From Gemmatimonadota bacterium (GTDB lineage Bacteria; Latescibacterota; UBA2968; UBA8231), in contig JAYPJE010000070.1 of the NCBI GenBank assembly GCA_038128265.1, positions 1 to 18,754 of the forward strand: a stretch of 18,754 nucleotides of DNA, written 5' to 3'. The position numbers and the translations under genes are program-made. The first letter of the stretch is position 1. The number at the start of each line of letters is the position of its first letter. Under the pieces are notes generated by a model. It had not been told where the DNA came from. It saw only the letters and a program-made list of their open reading frames with translations, and ran no database searches. Shown here piece by piece: positions 1 to 8,475 of this stretch.

Positions 1-46
1 GTCTCAGCTCGGGTATTTTGAAGCAGTTTTGGAAACTCTGCAGCAT
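1..46 (-). CDS. secY: Preprotein translocase subunit SecY, N-terminal fragment (runs off the window edge)
   Basis: Not in the ORF track. The reverse complement from the ATG at 46 reads MLQSFQNCFKIPELR, matching the typical SecY N-terminus (..F.N.FKIPELR). A GAGGA SD overlaps the rplO stop, and this is the canonical position after rplO. Confidence 0.9.
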   Translation of the reverse strand, partial: MLQSFQNCFKIPELR

Positions 47-53
47 TAGATCC

Positions 54-503
54 TCAGATTACCTCGGCCTGACCGCCGGCCTTTTCAATTTTTTCGCGCG
101 CACTAGCAGAAAACTGGTGGGCTTTAACAGTTACGCTGCGGCTCAGCTCGCCTTCGCCCAAAATCTTTACTGGCTGACTGGCACTGCGGACCAAACCCGC
201 TGCGCGCAACTCCTCGATGCCAATCGCCCCTTCCAGACCGCGGGCCTCAATGTCACCCAAGTTCACCGTCTGGTACACCACTCTAAAATTGTGATTAGAG
301 AAGCCGATCTTAGGCATGTGGCGATAGTAGGCCAACGTGCCGCCAATAAAGCCAATGCGGTTGCCGCGACGGGCGCCGGAGCGCGCACGCTGTCCCTTAT
401 GCCCTTTGCCGGCTGTTTTGCCCGTACCCGAGCCAGGCCCCTGCCCCAAACGCTTGCGATTGCGGCGCGACCCCTTCGGGCACTTGATTTCCCCTAAACG
501 CAT
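54..503 (-). CDS. rplO: 50S ribosomal protein uL15
   Basis: Gly-rich RKRLGQGPGSGTGKTAGKGHKGQRARSG, VKILGEGEL and C-terminal FSASAREKIEKAGG; lies between rpmD and secY. Confidence 0.97.
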   Translation of the reverse strand: MRLGEIKCPKGSRRNRKRLGQGPGSGTGKTAGKGHKGQRARSGARRGNRIGFIGGTLAYYRHMPKIGFSNHNFRVVYQTVNLGDIEARGLEGAIGIEELRAAGLVRSASQPVKILGEGELSRSVTVKAHQFSASAREKIEKAGGQAEVI

Positions 504-521
504 AATCGGTTCGCCTTCTTC

Positions 522-704
522 TTAAGCATCCTGTTCGCGCACCTCAACCAGGTGCTTGACTTTTTCAATCATGCCGCGAATCTGCGGCGTGTCTTCGTGA
601 ACGACCTGCTGGTAGAGGCGCTTCAGGCCCAATGCCTCAATGGTGGCTTTCTGATTCTTCGCCCGGCCAATAGCACTGCGATGCTGTTTGATAACTAACT
701 TCAT
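522..704 (-). CDS. rpmD: 50S ribosomal protein uL30
   Basis: 60 aa, [19 protein letters not shown]...[16 protein letters not shown]; canonical position. Confidence 0.97.
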   Translation of the reverse strand: MKLVIKQHRSAIGRAKNQKATIEALGLKRLYQQVVHEDTPQIRGMIEKVKHLVEVREQDA

Positions 705-718
705 CGAATCATACTCTC

Positions 719-1225
719 CTAACCGCGCAAAACTTCCATTGGAACGCCGCGTAGACGCGCAGTCGACTCGGCATCGCGCAGCTGACCTAGCGCTTCCAGC
801 GTAGCTTTGACGGCGTTGTGCGGGTTGGTCGAACCCAATGATTTGGTAAGAATGTCGTGCACACCGGCCAACTCCAACACAATGCGTATACCGCCGCTGG
901 CGATAACGCCCGTTCCCGGAGAAGCCGGCTTGAACAAAATGTGCGCCGCGCCAAAACGGCCTGCAATTTCGTGGGGAATAGTTCCATTCACCACGGGCAC
1001 TTCAATCATGTTTTTCTTTGCCGCTTCGGTCCCCTTGCGAATCGCTTCGGAGATCTCACCCGCTTTACCCGAGCCGGCACCGACGCGCCCGTTGCGATCA
1101 CCCACCACAACCATGGCATTGAAGCTGAAGCGACGACCACCCTTGCGCACGTGCGAAACGCGCTTGATGCTATTCTGAACGACGACTTCGCTCAGCTCCA
1201 TGCTATTGGGATCTACTTTCGCCAC
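719..1225 (-). CDS. rpsE: 30S ribosomal protein uS5
   Basis: [38 protein letters not shown] motifs; GTG start with GAGGAG SD. Confidence 0.97.
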   Translation of the reverse strand: MAKVDPNSMELSEVVVQNSIKRVSHVRKGGRRFSFNAMVVVGDRNGRVGAGSGKAGEISEAIRKGTEAAKKNMIEVPVVNGTIPHEIAGRFGAAHILFKPASPGTGVIASGGIRIVLELAGVHDILTKSLGSTNPHNAVKATLEALGQLRDAESTARLRGVPMEVLRG

Positions 1226-1240
1226 AGAAGTAATTCTCCT

Positions 1241-1615
1241 CTAAAAATTCAGCCCGCCCTCGCGAGCGCCGTCGGCTACAGCTTTTATAATACCGTGATA
1301 CAGATAGCCTCCGCGATCGAAGACTACTTTTTCGATTCCCTTTTCCTTCGCCTTTTCAGCTACGATCTTGCCCACTTCTGCGCCCTGCTCAACGCGGCTT
1401 GCAAACGAGCGTTCGCGCAACTCTTTGCTCTGCGTGGAAAGGCCAAAAAGCGAATGACCTGCGCTATCGTCGACCAACTGCACTTCGATATGCCTGAGCG
1501 AGCGGTGAACGACCAAGCGCGGCCTATCGGAAGTACCCGAGACGATTTTGCGCAACCGATGGCGCCGCCGCTGTATGCGAGCCCGGTTTTTGTTAAGGTG
1601 TTTCTTATCCTTCAT
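1241..1615 (-). CDS. rplR: 50S ribosomal protein uL18
   Basis: GTSDRPRLVVHRS, VVFDRGGYLYHG, AREGGLNF motifs. Confidence 0.97.
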   Translation of the reverse strand: MKDKKHLNKNRARIQRRRHRLRKIVSGTSDRPRLVVHRSLRHIEVQLVDDSAGHSLFGLSTQSKELRERSFASRVEQGAEVGKIVAEKAKEKGIEKVVFDRGGYLYHGIIKAVADGAREGGLNF

Positions 1616-1617
1616 AA

Positions 1618-2175
1618 TTAGCCCGCTGCGGTTTTACCTTGTTTCCAGTGGATAACTTCGTTCTCATAGCGAATCCCCTTGCCCTTATAAGGCTCGGGCT
1701 TACGCTTAAAGCGGATATCGGCAGCTACCTGCCCAACGACCTGCTTATCAACACCGCTCACCGTGATGCGAGCCTGGGCGCCTCCCTCCCCGTTGCCGAC
1801 GGCAATGTCGATGCCGGCCGGGGCTTCGTAGACCACCGGATGCGAATATCCTACGTGCAATGTCAGCTTGCTCCCCTGCGCTTCAGCGCGCCAACCGACG
1901 CCAAACAAATCGAGGTTCTTGCTGAAGCCCTCGCTCACGCCGGTTATGGCATTGGCGATGAGCGAACGGGTCAAACCGTGCAGCGACTGAGCCACCTTCG
2001 AGTCGCTCTTGCGCACGACCTGAACGGCATCGCCATCCTGTTCGACGCCAATGTGATCGCCGACAAACGGCACGTCTAGAGCGCCCTTAGGCCCCTTTAC
2101 GGCAACGTGGACCCCGTCGACCTTAACGTCGACCCCTCCGGGTACTGTGATCGGTGCTTTTCCTATGCGCGACAA
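1618..2175 (-). CDS. rplF: 50S ribosomal protein uL6
   Basis: MSRIGKAPI start (TTG, GAGGAG SD), VKGPKG, GYSHPV, RKPEPYKGKGIRY motifs. Confidence 0.97.
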   Translation of the reverse strand: MSRIGKAPITVPGGVDVKVDGVHVAVKGPKGALDVPFVGDHIGVEQDGDAVQVVRKSDSKVAQSLHGLTRSLIANAITGVSEGFSKNLDLFGVGWRAEAQGSKLTLHVGYSHPVVYEAPAGIDIAVGNGEGGAQARITVSGVDKQVVGQVAADIRFKRKPEPYKGKGIRYENEVIHWKQGKTAAG

Positions 2176-2193
2176 CGTCTTTTTCTCCTCAAT

Positions 2194-2592
2194 CTACCAA
2201 ACGCTACAGAGTATCTCGCCGCCGACGCCGGCCCGACGAGCTTCTCTATCGGTCATTACGCCTTTCGACGTGGACACAATGGCAATGCCGAGGCCCCGGC
2301 GAACGCGCGGCACATCTGCATTGGCCGAATACTGGCGCAGGCCCGGACGACTAATGCGCTTAATTCCCTGAATCAGCCCTCTGTTGTTGCTATCATAGCG
2401 CAAGTAGAGTCGCAGTATGCCCTGCTTGTTGTCTTCTATCACCGCAAAGTTATCGATGAAACGCGTCTCCGCTAACACGCGGGCGATCTCGCGCTTTAGA
2501 TTGGACGAAGGGATATCTACGCGGGGGTGCTTGGCGCGGCTGGCGTTGCGAACGCGGGTCAACATATCCGCGATGGGATCGGTCATACTCAT
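2194..2592 (-). CDS. rpsH: 30S ribosomal protein uS8
   Basis: [51 protein letters not shown]. Start moved from 2640 (ORF track) to the ATG at 2592, which follows an AGGAGG SD and avoids overlap with rpsN. Confidence 0.97.
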   Translation of the reverse strand: MSMTDPIADMLTRVRNASRAKHPRVDIPSSNLKREIARVLAETRFIDNFAVIEDNKQGILRLYLRYDSNNRGLIQGIKRISRPGLRQYSANADVPRVRRGLGIAIVSTSKGVMTDREARRAGVGGEILCSVW

Positions 2593-2605
2593 TTGCAGTA
2601 TCCTC

Positions 2606-2791
2606 CTACCAGCTGGCCTTAGTGACGCCGGGAATCTCACCCCTGAGGGCTAACTCGCGGAAACAGATACGGCAGAGACCGAACTTCCGGTAATAGCCGC
2701 GCGGACGACCACAGCGCTGACAGCGATTGTATTTACGCGAGCTGAACTTGGGCGTGCGGCGCGCTTTGGCTATTAGAGACTTTTTAGGCAT
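2606..2791 (-). CDS. rpsN: 30S ribosomal protein uS14, short zinc-binding (type Z, C+) form
   Basis: 61 aa with CQRC and CRIC zinc-ribbon pairs and C-terminal [11 protein letters not shown]. Confidence 0.97.
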   Translation of the reverse strand: MPKKSLIAKARRTPKFSSRKYNRCQRCGRPRGYYRKFGLCRICFRELALRGEIPGVTKASW

Positions 2792-2810
2792 TCACTAATT
2801 CTCCCAAACA

Positions 2811-3356
2811 TTAATTGCTGAAAGGCATGCCGAGCGACTTCAGCAACTCGTGCCCTTCTTCATCGGTTTGAGCCGATGTAACGATTGTTATGTTCATCCC
2901 GCGGACCTGATCAATTCTATCGTAATCGATTTCGGGAAAGATGATCTGCTCTTTAATACCAAGATTGTAATTGCCCCGCCCGTCAAACCCACGGACGGGA
3001 ACCCCGCGAAAGTCGCGCACCTGCGGCAACGCCAGCGTGATCAGTCGGTCGAGGAACTCATACATATGGCTGCCCCTCAGCGTCACCATACAGCCAATGG
3101 GGATACCTTCGCGCAGCTTAAAGTTAGAAATGGCCTTTTTAGCGCGGCGCAGCGCCGGCTTCTGGCCCGTTATCGCCGTCAATTCGCTCACGGCGCTTTC
3201 CAGCGCTTTGGGTTCACCCACCGCCTCGCCAACGCCCATATTGACAACGACCTTATCAACGGTCGGAATCTGCATGACGTTTCCGTAGGAGAAACGCTCT
3301 TTCAACTGCGACTTAACCTCATCGCGGTACATCGTTTTAAGTCTGGGCTCGCTCAT
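2811..3356 (-). CDS. rplE: 50S ribosomal protein uL5
   Basis: [49 protein letters not shown] motifs. Start set at the ATG at 3356 (MSEPRLK), past the rplX stop. Confidence 0.97.
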   Translation of the reverse strand: MSEPRLKTMYRDEVKSQLKERFSYGNVMQIPTVDKVVVNMGVGEAVGEPKALESAVSELTAITGQKPALRRAKKAISNFKLREGIPIGCMVTLRGSHMYEFLDRLITLALPQVRDFRGVPVRGFDGRGNYNLGIKEQIIFPEIDYDRIDQVRGMNITIVTSAQTDEEGHELLKSLGMPFSN

Positions 3357-3369
3357 GACCACCCTTTTC

Positions 3370-3687
3370 TTACTGCGAGTCAATCATCTCGCCGCTGCGG
3401 GCAGAGACGCGTACGTTTTTACCACCGTCGAGTGTCTTGTGACGAACGCGCGTCGGCAAATCCGTCTTCGGGCAAATCACCATCACATTGGAGAGGTGTA
3501 TGGGCGCCTCTCGCTCTATGATGCCACCCTGAGGATCGCGCGACGAGGGGCGCGAGTGATGCTTGCGCATATTTACGCCCTCGACGAGCACTCGATTTTT
3601 GTCTTTCATAACGGCCAATACGGTCGAGCGGCGGCCTTTGTCGTTGCCGCTCATCACCTGCACCGTATCCCCTTTTCTAATATCCAT
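3370..3687 (-). CDS. rplX: 50S ribosomal protein uL24
   Basis: KOW motif [38 protein letters not shown]. Confidence 0.97.
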   Translation of the reverse strand: MDIRKGDTVQVMSGNDKGRRSTVLAVMKDKNRVLVEGVNMRKHHSRPSSRDPQGGIIEREAPIHLSNVMVICPKTDLPTRVRHKTLDGGKNVRVSARSGEMIDSQ

Positions 3688-3713
3688 GTGAATCCTCTAT
3701 TGACGTTGTCGGC

Positions 3714-4082
3714 CTAGACGACTTCGGGAGCCAACGAGACAATGCGCATATACTGCTTGTCGCGCAGCTCTCTAGCTACGGGGCCGAAAATGCGCGTCCC
3801 CCTGGGCTCTTTTTCGTCGTTGATCAACACCGCTGCGTTTTCATCAAAGCGTATGTACGATCCGTCGGGACGGCGATATTCCTTCTTGGTGCGCACGACT
3901 ACGGCCTTAGCCACCTGGCCCTCTTGCAGCGGCCCATTGGGCAGCACATTGTGCACGGCAACCACAATAACATCGCCAACGGAAGCGTAGCGCTTGCGCG
4001 TTCCGCCAAGTACGCGAATGCACTTTGCCGTGCGCGCGCCCGCGTTGTCTGCCATTTTTACTATCGTGTATTCGTGTATCAT
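3714..4082 (-). CDS. rplN: 50S ribosomal protein uL14
   Basis: [48 protein letters not shown] motifs. Confidence 0.98.
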   Translation of the reverse strand: MIHEYTIVKMADNAGARTAKCIRVLGGTRKRYASVGDVIVVAVHNVLPNGPLQEGQVAKAVVVRTKKEYRRPDGSYIRFDENAAVLINDEKEPRGTRIFGPVARELRDKQYMRIVSLAPEVV

Positions 4083-4352
4083 TTAGACTTGATCCGCGTT
4101 TCGCTCCATGATCTCGATCAGGCGCCAGCGCTTGGTGCGGCTCATGGGACGACACTCTTCGATGCGAACTAAATCACCGACGTTGGATTCGTTTTTTTCG
4201 TCGTGCGCGACGAACTTGGCCGTGCGGCGAATAACGCGCCCATAAAGCGGGTGCGCAATGCGCTGCTCGACGGCGATCACACGCGTCTTGAGATTCTTCG
4301 CCTTCAGCACTCGACCTTCAGCCGTACGGCGCTCTGTTGTATTGTTGGACAT
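4083..4352 (-). CDS. rpsQ: 30S ribosomal protein uS17
   Basis: HPLYG, AHDEKN, GDLVRIEECRPMSRTKRW; its stop directly abuts the rplN start (TAA-ATG). Confidence 0.96.
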   Translation of the reverse strand: MSNNTTERRTAEGRVLKAKNLKTRVIAVEQRIAHPLYGRVIRRTAKFVAHDEKNESNVGDLVRIEECRPMSRTKRWRLIEIMERNADQV

Positions 4353-4355
4353 TGC

Positions 4356-4574
4356 TTAAGCCTCTCCCCCAGGCAGGCTATCCTGCTGTAAATCGCGCTC
4401 GCGCATCAGGGTGCGTACGCGCGCAATATCGCGCCTGACCTGACGCAGGCGAATGGGACTAGTCAGCTGGCCGGAGACGTGCTGGAAGCGCAGATTAAAC
4501 GCCTCTTCCTCGAGCTCTTCCAGCCTGTTTTTTACATCATCCGCGTTCATTTCGCGCAGTTCACTGGCCTTCAT
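4356..4574 (-). CDS. rpmC: 50S ribosomal protein uL29
   Basis: MKASELREM, FNLRFQ, GQL, RRDIARVRT motifs. Confidence 0.96.
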   Translation of the reverse strand: MKASELREMNADDVKNRLEELEEEAFNLRFQHVSGQLTSPIRLRQVRRDIARVRTLMRERDLQQDSLPGGEA

Positions 4575-4576
4575 AA

Positions 4577-4987
4577 CTATGCCACCCGCTCTACGAATTT
4601 GGTTTTGATCGGCAGCTTATGGCCGGCTTTGCGAAATGCCTCGCGGGCCAGCTCAATCGGCACACCCGAAAGTTCGAACATAACGCGACCCGGCTTGACG
4701 ACGGCTACCCACCCTTCAGGGGAACCCTTGCCTTTTCCCATGCGCGTTTCCGCCGGCTTCTTGGTAATGGGTTTGTCGGGAAAAACGCGAATCCACATTT
4801 TTCCGGTGCGGCTCATGGTCCTGCTGATGGTAACGCGGACAGCCTCAATTTGGCGGCTCGTTATCCAACCCGGCTCCAACGCCTTCAAGCCGTACTCGCC
4901 AAAGGAAACCATGTCTCCTCCCTTGGTCTGGCCGCGCATGCGGCCGCGAGACTGCTTTCTCCACTTTGCTTTCTTGGGCATTAACAT
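4577..4987 (-). CDS. rplP: 50S ribosomal protein uL16
   Basis: [44 protein letters not shown] motifs. Confidence 0.98.
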   Translation of the reverse strand: MLMPKKAKWRKQSRGRMRGQTKGGDMVSFGEYGLKALEPGWITSRQIEAVRVTISRTMSRTGKMWIRVFPDKPITKKPAETRMGKGKGSPEGWVAVVKPGRVMFELSGVPIELAREAFRKAGHKLPIKTKFVERVA

Positions 4988-5017
4988 GGGTTAAATCTCT
5001 TTTCGCTCTCTCTATAC

Positions 5018-5665
<648 letters not shown>

Positions 5666-5676
5666 AAAGAACTCCC

Positions 5677-6024
5677 TCAGTTGACCTGGTCGCTGACGAC
5701 CACGGTAAGATGACAGTGACGTTTGCGAATGCGATCAGCCGATCCGCGCGCGCGGGGGCGAATGCGCTTCAGATCTCGGCCTTCGTCGGCATAAATCGCC
5801 TTGACGTAGAGGTCCTCTGCATCCACTGGATTTTCTTCGTCCTGATTGATTCCGTTGGCAATAGCCGAGCGCAGCGTCTTTTCTACTTCCCGCGCAACGG
5901 GGCGCGGCGAAAAACGCAAAATTGTCAGCGCTTCTTCAACCGGCTTGCCACGCACCAAATCGATTAATTGGCGCATCTTTGTCGCGGGAATGCCGACCTG
6001 CTTTAGTATCGCTCTAGCTTCCAT
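5677..6024 (-). CDS. rplV: 50S ribosomal protein uL22
   Basis: [45 protein letters not shown] motifs; lies between rpsS and rpsC. Confidence 0.96.
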   Translation of the reverse strand: MEARAILKQVGIPATKMRQLIDLVRGKPVEEALTILRFSPRPVAREVEKTLRSAIANGINQDEENPVDAEDLYVKAIYADEGRDLKRIRPRARGSADRIRKRHCHLTVVVSDQVN

Positions 6025-6043
6025 AGTTTTCTAAATCCACCCT

Positions 6044-6331
6044 TTAGCGCACGCGGCTACCGCGCTCCGTGAGCTTACCGCCGTGCCCGCGAAACGTGCG
6101 GGTCGGAGCGAACTCGCCGAGCTTATGGCCGACCATATTCTCAGTTATATAGACTGGAATGAACTTGTTGCCATTGTGAACGGCCAGCGTGTGGCCGACA
6201 AAATCCGGAGTGATCGTAGAGCGACGCGACCACGTCTTGACCACGCGCTTGCCGCCCGTGCGATTGAGCTCTTCCACCTTTTTCTCCAGATGGCCATCGA
6301 TAAATGGGCCCTTCTTGACTGACCTAGGCAT
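6044..6331 (-). CDS. rpsS: 30S ribosomal protein uS19
   Basis: [38 protein letters not shown] motifs. Confidence 0.98.
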   Translation of the reverse strand: MPRSVKKGPFIDGHLEKKVEELNRTGGKRVVKTWSRRSTITPDFVGHTLAVHNGNKFIPVYITENMVGHKLGEFAPTRTFRGHGGKLTERGSRVR

Positions 6332-6348
6332 CTATCCGTTCACTCCTT

Positions 6349-7185
6349 CTACTTCGAATTGCGCCGACGCAATATCATGGCGTCAGAGCGGTTCTTGTGC
6401 TTGCGCGTCTTATAGCCCTTGGTGGGCTTGCCCCACGGCGTCACGGGATGGCGTCCACCGGATGTCTTGCCTTCACCACCACCGTGCGGGTGATCGACCG
6501 GATTCATCACGACGCCGCGCACCTTCGGACGGCGCCCCAACCAACGTGCGCGACCGGCCTTGCCGAGGACGACGTTGCCGTGCTCTACGTTGCCCACCTG
6601 TCCGAGCGTTGCCATGCATTGCACAGCCACCTCGCGAATTTCACCCGAGGGTAAGCGAAGCTGCGCTCGCCCATTTTCGCCGCGACCCAAAAGCTGCACC
6701 TCAGCCCCTGCACTGCGCGCCAACTGACCACCGGCACCGGGCTGTAACTCGACGTTGTGAACGGTCGAACCAAGGGGAACGTTCAGCAGCGGCATGGCGT
6801 TGCCGACGCTAATCGGCGCATCGGGCCCAGCCACCACGGAAGCTCCCACGACGAGCCCTGCAGGCGCCAGGATGTAGCGCTTGTCGCCATCGGCATAGAC
6901 GACCAAGGCGATAAAGGCAGAGCGGTTGGGATCGTACTCGACGGAAGCGACCTTGCCCGGCACGCCAATTTTATTGCGCTTAAAGTCAATGACTCGATAG
7001 CGGCGCTTGTGACCACCGCCGCGGCGGCGCATGGTCATTCTGCCCTGATTGTTGCGTCCACCCGACTTGCTTACAGCACCGCGCAGCAGCGACTTCTGTG
7101 GGCTACCGGCGCTAACCTCTTCAAACGAGTTGACCGTTTTATAGCGCAGAGTAGGCGTTACGGGACGAAACTTCTTGACTGGCAT
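6349..7185 (-). CDS. rplB: 50S ribosomal protein uL2
   Basis: [56 protein letters not shown] motifs. Confidence 0.99.
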   Translation of the reverse strand: MPVKKFRPVTPTLRYKTVNSFEEVSAGSPQKSLLRGAVSKSGGRNNQGRMTMRRRGGGHKRRYRVIDFKRNKIGVPGKVASVEYDPNRSAFIALVVYADGDKRYILAPAGLVVGASVVAGPDAPISVGNAMPLLNVPLGSTVHNVELQPGAGGQLARSAGAEVQLLGRGENGRAQLRLPSGEIREVAVQCMATLGQVGNVEHGNVVLGKAGRARWLGRRPKVRGVVMNPVDHPHGGGEGKTSGGRHPVTPWGKPTKGYKTRKHKNRSDAMILRRRNSK

Positions 7186-7198
7186 AATTTAGTCCAAC

Positions 7199-7486
7199 CT
7201 ATACGTTTTCAACGAATTCAATGGAGTCGCCGGCTTTCAGCGTGACATACGCTTTCTTCCAACCTGCACGACGCCCGGCGTAGAGGCCCTGCCTCTTGGG
7301 CTTGCTGGGCACCTTGACGGTGCGCACCGATTCGACGCTCACGTCAAAGATGCTTTCTACCGCCTGCCGGATCTGCACTTTATTCGCCTTAGGATGCACG
7401 CGGAAAGCATACTTATTGCCCTCGCGCAAGATAGTGGCTTTCTCAGTGATGACCGGTTTCAATATGATGGAGCGAGGGTTGCTCAC
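7199..7486 (-). CDS. rplW: 50S ribosomal protein uL23
   Basis: PVITEKA, YAFRVHPKANKVQIRQAVE.IFDV.V, WKKAYVTL; GTG start with GGAGAGG SD. Confidence 0.97.
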   Translation of the reverse strand: MSNPRSIILKPVITEKATILREGNKYAFRVHPKANKVQIRQAVESIFDVSVESVRTVKVPSKPKRQGLYAGRRAGWKKAYVTLKAGDSIEFVENV

Positions 7487-7497
7487 AGAATCCTCTC

Positions 7498-8139
7498 CTA
7501 AGCATCAACTGCAGCGTGGTGCTCTACGAGCTTGTCCAACGCCTGTCGAGTAAAAAGTATCACATCAGCCGAAACGACGTCGTACGTGCCCAGAGAACCA
7601 ATGTGCGTTGCGTTGACTCGCCGGATGTTTCGGCTGGACTTGACCAGCACAGTTGCATTTTCGGGCGTTACAAAGAGCACCTTTTGCCCATCGAGACCGC
7701 AGGCATCAATAACCCCTTTGAACGACTTGGTGCTGGGCTGATCAAAGTCAAAATCATCGACTATCTTGACCTGTCCCTCTGTCCCTTTCAGCGTCAACGC
7801 CGAACGGAACGCCAAGCGCTTGAGCGCCTTGGGCAGTTTCGAATAGTAGGAACGAGGTTCCGGGCCGAACGCCACGCCTCCACCGCGCACGAGCGGCGAT
7901 CGATTGGATCCGCGGCGCGCACCACCCGTACCCTTTTGGCGATGGTGCTTCTTGCTCGTCCGAGAAATCTCCGAACGCGTCTTCACTTTGGCAGTACCCT
8001 GACGCTGATTTGCTTCGTAGGTGACGACCGCGCGATAGAGGGCGTATTCGGAAACCTCGGCGGCAAACAACTCGTCGGGCAATTCCACCGAGCCGTTGGG
8101 CTTACCTTCCGTCGTGAGAACTTCTACCTGTGCACCCAT
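7498..8139 (-). CDS. rplD: 50S ribosomal protein uL4
   Basis: RQGTAKVKTRSE, RQKGTGGARRGS.RSPL.RGGGVAFGP.PR, SSRNI motifs. The likely start is the ATG at 8139. An in-frame ATG at 8145, overlapping the rpsJ stop (TGATG), is an alternative. Confidence 0.96.
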   Translation of the reverse strand: MGAQVEVLTTEGKPNGSVELPDELFAAEVSEYALYRAVVTYEANQRQGTAKVKTRSEISRTSKKHHRQKGTGGARRGSNRSPLVRGGGVAFGPEPRSYYSKLPKALKRLAFRSALTLKGTEGQVKIVDDFDFDQPSTKSFKGVIDACGLDGQKVLFVTPENATVLVKSSRNIRRVNATHIGSLGTYDVVSADVILFTRQALDKLVEHHAAVDA

Positions 8140-8144
8140 GCCCA

Positions 8145-8453
8145 TCAAACCTTAATGTCTATGCCAATGCCTGCGGGCAAGTCCAACTTCATCAGCGCGT
8201 CCACGGTCTGCGGCGTCGAATCGTAGATATCGATTAGGCGCTTGTGAACGCGCGTTTCGAACTGCTCGCGCGATTTTTTGTCCACGTGCGGCGAACGCAG
8301 CACGGTGTAGATACTGCGCGAAGTCGGCAGCGGCACGGGACCCGCAATGCGGGCCCCGCTGCGCTTAACCGTCTGTACTATCTCGTCCACAGACCTATCC
8401 AATGCCACGTGATCATAGGCCTTCAGGCGAATTCGGATTCTATCAACAGCCAC
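8145..8453 (-). CDS. rpsJ: 30S ribosomal protein uS10 (NusE)
   Basis: [47 protein letters not shown] motifs; GTG start with GGGAG SD. Confidence 0.98.
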   Translation of the reverse strand: MAVDRIRIRLKAYDHVALDRSVDEIVQTVKRSGARIAGPVPLPTSRSIYTVLRSPHVDKKSREQFETRVHKRLIDIYDSTPQTVDALMKLDLPAGIGIDIKV

Positions 8454-8475
8454 TTGGCGTGTCTCCCAGAGTTAG

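Noticed and set aside
2593..2640. N-terminal extension of uS8 in the ORF track (and of uL5 at 3357-3383)
   Set aside because: These come from longest-ORF calling. They overlap the upstream genes, and the downstream ATGs match the family N-termini and have SD sequences.
4988..5017. Short CT-rich run in the rpsC-rplP spacer
   Set aside because: It is too short to be a meaningful repeat. On the minus strand it is simply the purine-rich region upstream of rplP.
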